Positions 28,784 through 31,009 of a stretch of DNA of 31,009 bases are shown piece after piece. Numbering within the stretch: the first letter of the stretch is position 1; the number at the start of each line of letters is the position of its first letter. Made by a program: the position numbers and the translations under genes. The stretch is taken from contig CAZAIZ010000001.1 of NCBI GenBank assembly GCA_964485275.1, positions 1 to 31,009 of the forward strand. Direction: 5' to 3'. The stretch is from an uncultured Pedosphaera sp. Lineage in GTDB: Bacteria; Verrucomicrobiota; Verrucomicrobiia; Limisphaerales; UBA1100. Below the pieces are notes generated by a model. The model was not told where the DNA came from. It ran no database searches and was given only the letters and a program-made list of their open reading frames with translations.

Positions 28784-29320
28784 ATGTCGCGAATTGGAAA
28801 AATGCCCGTAATAGTACCTGATACTGTGAAAGTTGCGATCAGTGATCGCACGGTTTCTGTGGAAGGACCAAAGGGGAAACTGCAGTTGGATTTACCGGAA
28901 TTGACCGAGGCCAAGCTTGAGGACAATCAAATTGTGGTAACTCGTGAAAGCGACGAAAAGCGGGCGAAGGCCATGCATGGGCTGGCCCGGTCCCTGATAA
29001 ATAACATGGTTATTGGGGTTGAGAAGAGTTTTGTGAAGAAACTTGAAATTCACGGTGTAGGCTTCAAGGCAGCTGTGAATGGACAGATGCTGAACCTTAA
29101 TTTGGGTTACTCGCATGAAATTAATCACGAGATTCCTGTCGGTATCAATGTGAGTATCGAGAATAATACCAATATTACCATTGAGGGTGCTGACAAAGCG
29201 GTAGTGGGAAAGGTGGCTGCAGAAGTGCGCTCTTACTACCCGGTTGAACCCTATAAGGGCAAGGGCGTGCGTTATTCTGATGAGCAGGTGGTGCGCAAAC
29301 AAGGTAAGCAGGTGCAATAA
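28784..29320 (+). CDS. rplF: 50S ribosomal protein L6
   Basis: MSRIGK.P, V.GPKG, GVGFKA, LGYSH, EPYKGKG.RY. Confidence 0.99.
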   Translation: MSRIGKMPVIVPDTVKVAISDRTVSVEGPKGKLQLDLPELTEAKLEDNQIVVTRESDEKRAKAMHGLARSLINNMVIGVEKSFVKKLEIHGVGFKAAVNGQMLNLNLGYSHEINHEIPVGINVSIENNTNITIEGADKAVVGKVAAEVRSYYPVEPYKGKGVRYSDEQVVRKQGKQVQ

Positions 29321-29341
29321 TTTAACTTCTGAAATCAAACG

Positions 29342-29713
29342 ATGAGACCTGAAGTAAAACGTAAGACGGAGCAAAAGCGGCGCTTTCGAATTCGGAATAA
29401 GGTAAAGGGCACTTCTGATCGTCCCCGGATGAGCGTGCGTTTTACTGAGAGAAATATTTATGTGCAATTTGTGGATGATGAAAAGGGTCAGACTTTGGCC
29501 TCTGCCTCCACTCGCCACAAGGCACAGGCCGATCGCGAAAAACTAACAGCCAATAAGACGGCTGCAGAGCAAATTGGTAAGGCCGCAGCAGAAGCTGCAA
29601 AAGGGGTGGGGATTACTGAAGTAGTATTTGACCGAAGTGGCTCGCGATATGTCAAAGGAGGCAAGATTGATATTTTGGCCAACGCCGCACGTGGTGGAGG
29701 GCTCAAATTTTAA
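29342..29713 (+). CDS. rplR: 50S ribosomal protein L18
   Basis: RPR.SV, IYVQ..DD, VVFDR.G..Y, A.AAR.GGLKF. Confidence 0.98.
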   Translation: MRPEVKRKTEQKRRFRIRNKVKGTSDRPRMSVRFTERNIYVQFVDDEKGQTLASASTRHKAQADREKLTANKTAAEQIGKAAAEAAKGVGITEVVFDRSGSRYVKGGKIDILANAARGGGLKF

Positions 29714-29735
29714 TTAGAACGGAAAGACGAATACC

Positions 29736-30446
29736 GTGGCAGACGAAGAACAACAGGATAATCAGACAACCCAGACAGCAGAGACTGTAACCCCCCCCGA
29801 GGGTCAGGCTGCCAAAGAAGCCCCTTCTGTTGAGGAGGCAACTGAAAAGGTTTCAGAGACTGCGGCATCGACCGAAGGGAATAAAGAACTTTCAGGGAAC
29901 GATTCTCCTGGTGGTGGTCAACGCGGGGGGAGACAGCAGCGCGGTCGGAGAGGCAATAACCGAGGAGCGCGTGGGCCGCAGAAGGAGGACGATGGTATTG
30001 TTGAGAAGGTGATTCACATTAACCGATCCAGTAAGGTGGTCAAAGGTGGTCGCCGTTTTGGGTTTAGTGCTTTGGTGGTGGTAGGGGATAAAGATGGCAA
30101 GGTGGGGCTTGGCACGGGTAAGGCCCGTGAGGTGATTTCCTGTATTGTCAAGGGCACCGAGGTGGCCCGCCGGAACATGGTCAGTGTTTCTCTCCATGGG
30201 GCTACGCTGCCTCACGAGGTCTACTCGATATATGACGGGGCACGTGTACTACTCCGTCCAGCTTCGCCCGGTACTGGTATCATCGCGGGCAAAACTGTTC
30301 GAGCCGTTCTTGAAAGTGCCGGAGTACGTGATGTACTAAGTAAGTCCCTTGGATCAAAGAATCCGGCCAATGTGGCGAAAGCGGCTTTACAGGCATTGCA
30401 GCGGTTGCGCCGGCGTGAGGATGTAATGGCTGGTCGCGATAAATAA
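29736..30446 (+). CDS. rpsE: 30S ribosomal protein S5 with long N-terminal extension
   Basis: INRSSKVVKGGRRFGF, GKAREV, PASPGTGIIAG, KSLGSKNP.N; GTG start. Confidence 0.98.
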   Translation: MADEEQQDNQTTQTAETVTPPEGQAAKEAPSVEEATEKVSETAASTEGNKELSGNDSPGGGQRGGRQQRGRRGNNRGARGPQKEDDGIVEKVIHINRSSKVVKGGRRFGFSALVVVGDKDGKVGLGTGKAREVISCIVKGTEVARRNMVSVSLHGATLPHEVYSIYDGARVLLRPASPGTGIIAGKTVRAVLESAGVRDVLSKSLGSKNPANVAKAALQALQRLRRREDVMAGRDK

Positions 30447-30474
30447 TTTGAGTATTTACGACGGAGGAATTTTC

Positions 30475-31009
30475 ATGCGTTTACACGACATAAAACCAAA
30501 TCGAGGAGCCAAGAAACGTCGCAAACGGGTGGGGCGTGGACCTGGCAGCGGGCGAGGTAAGACCAGTACCCGGGGACATAAAGGGCAAGGTTCCCGGGCA
30601 GGTAGCAGTACCCGGGCGACTTTTGAGGGAGGGCAAATGCCCTATATTCGTCGAATACCCAAGCGCGGTTTTAACAATGCCCGTTTTCGTACCGAATATG
30701 TTCCGGTTAACCTTTCGGATTTGCAGGAGAATTTTGATGCCGATGCAACAGTGGATGTAACGACCATAAAGGCAGCAGGGCTTGCTAATGGGAGAGGTGA
30801 AGTTGCGGTGAAAATTCTTGGCAATGGTAAGCTTGAGAAAAAACTATATGTTAAGGCGCATGCTTTCAGTGAATCAGCTCAAAAGGCAATAGAAGGAGCA
30901 GGCGGTTCTTGTGAACTGCTGAAGGGCAATAAATCATCAGCTGATTGCCAAGAGGCTCCGGCAGAAGAAGCTCCGGCAGAAGAAGCTCCGGCAGAAGAAG
31001 CTCCGGCAG
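30475..31009 (+). CDS. rplO: 50S ribosomal protein L15, 3'-truncated (not in the ORF track because no stop is visible)
   Basis: Manual translation from ATG 30475 (after GGAGG): MRLHDIKPNRGAKKRRKRVGRGPGSGRGKTS..GHKGQ..FEGGQMP...PKRGF...KILGNG..AIEGAGG, then (EEAPA)n. Confidence 0.98.
   Translation, partial: MRLHDIKPNRGAKKRRKRVGRGPGSGRGKTSTRGHKGQGSRAGSSTRATFEGGQMPYIRRIPKRGFNNARFRTEYVPVNLSDLQENFDADATVDVTTIKAAGLANGRGEVAVKILGNGKLEKKLYVKAHAFSESAQKAIEGAGGSCELLKGNKSSADCQEAPAEEAPAEEAPAEEAPA
30955..31009 (+). repeat. Perfect 15-bp tandem repeat GCTCCGGCAGAAGAA (>=3.7 copies) encoding (APAEE)n; truncated by window end
   Basis: Units at 30955, 30970, 30985 and a partial unit at 31000. Confidence 0.95.

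Overview
A ~31 kb bacterial segment, almost entirely on the + strand. It holds the core transcription/translation supercluster: tRNA-Thr, tuf, tRNA-Trp, tRNA-Ser, secE, nusG, rplKAJL, rpoBC, rpsL, rpsG, fusA, then the S10 and spc genes up to a truncated rplO. A 5 kb accessory block precedes it: two tandem genes sharing an unrecognised basic C-terminal module (one a secreted LCCL-domain protein), a GYF_2/polyproline protein, a CAP lipoprotein, mutY, a DUF1080 protein and RNase HIII. The gene order (fusA directly before rpsJ, no rpmD), the PVC-type EF-Tu switch I, RNase HIII and DUF1080 suggest the PVC superphylum, most likely Verrucomicrobiota; this is an inference, no search was run. Both ends stop inside 15-bp tandem repeats, so the window is probably a whole contig. 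The best leads are: (1) a ~51-aa heptad-patterned insertion in L22, with further changes in L23, L24, L29 and SecE that suggest a remodelled ribosome exit/translocon interface; (2) the shared ~60-aa C-terminal module, a candidate sorting signal; (3) a ~110-nt hairpin leader and other candidate cis-regulatory RNAs; (4) a divergent EF-Tu with Asp at the G257-equivalent position.
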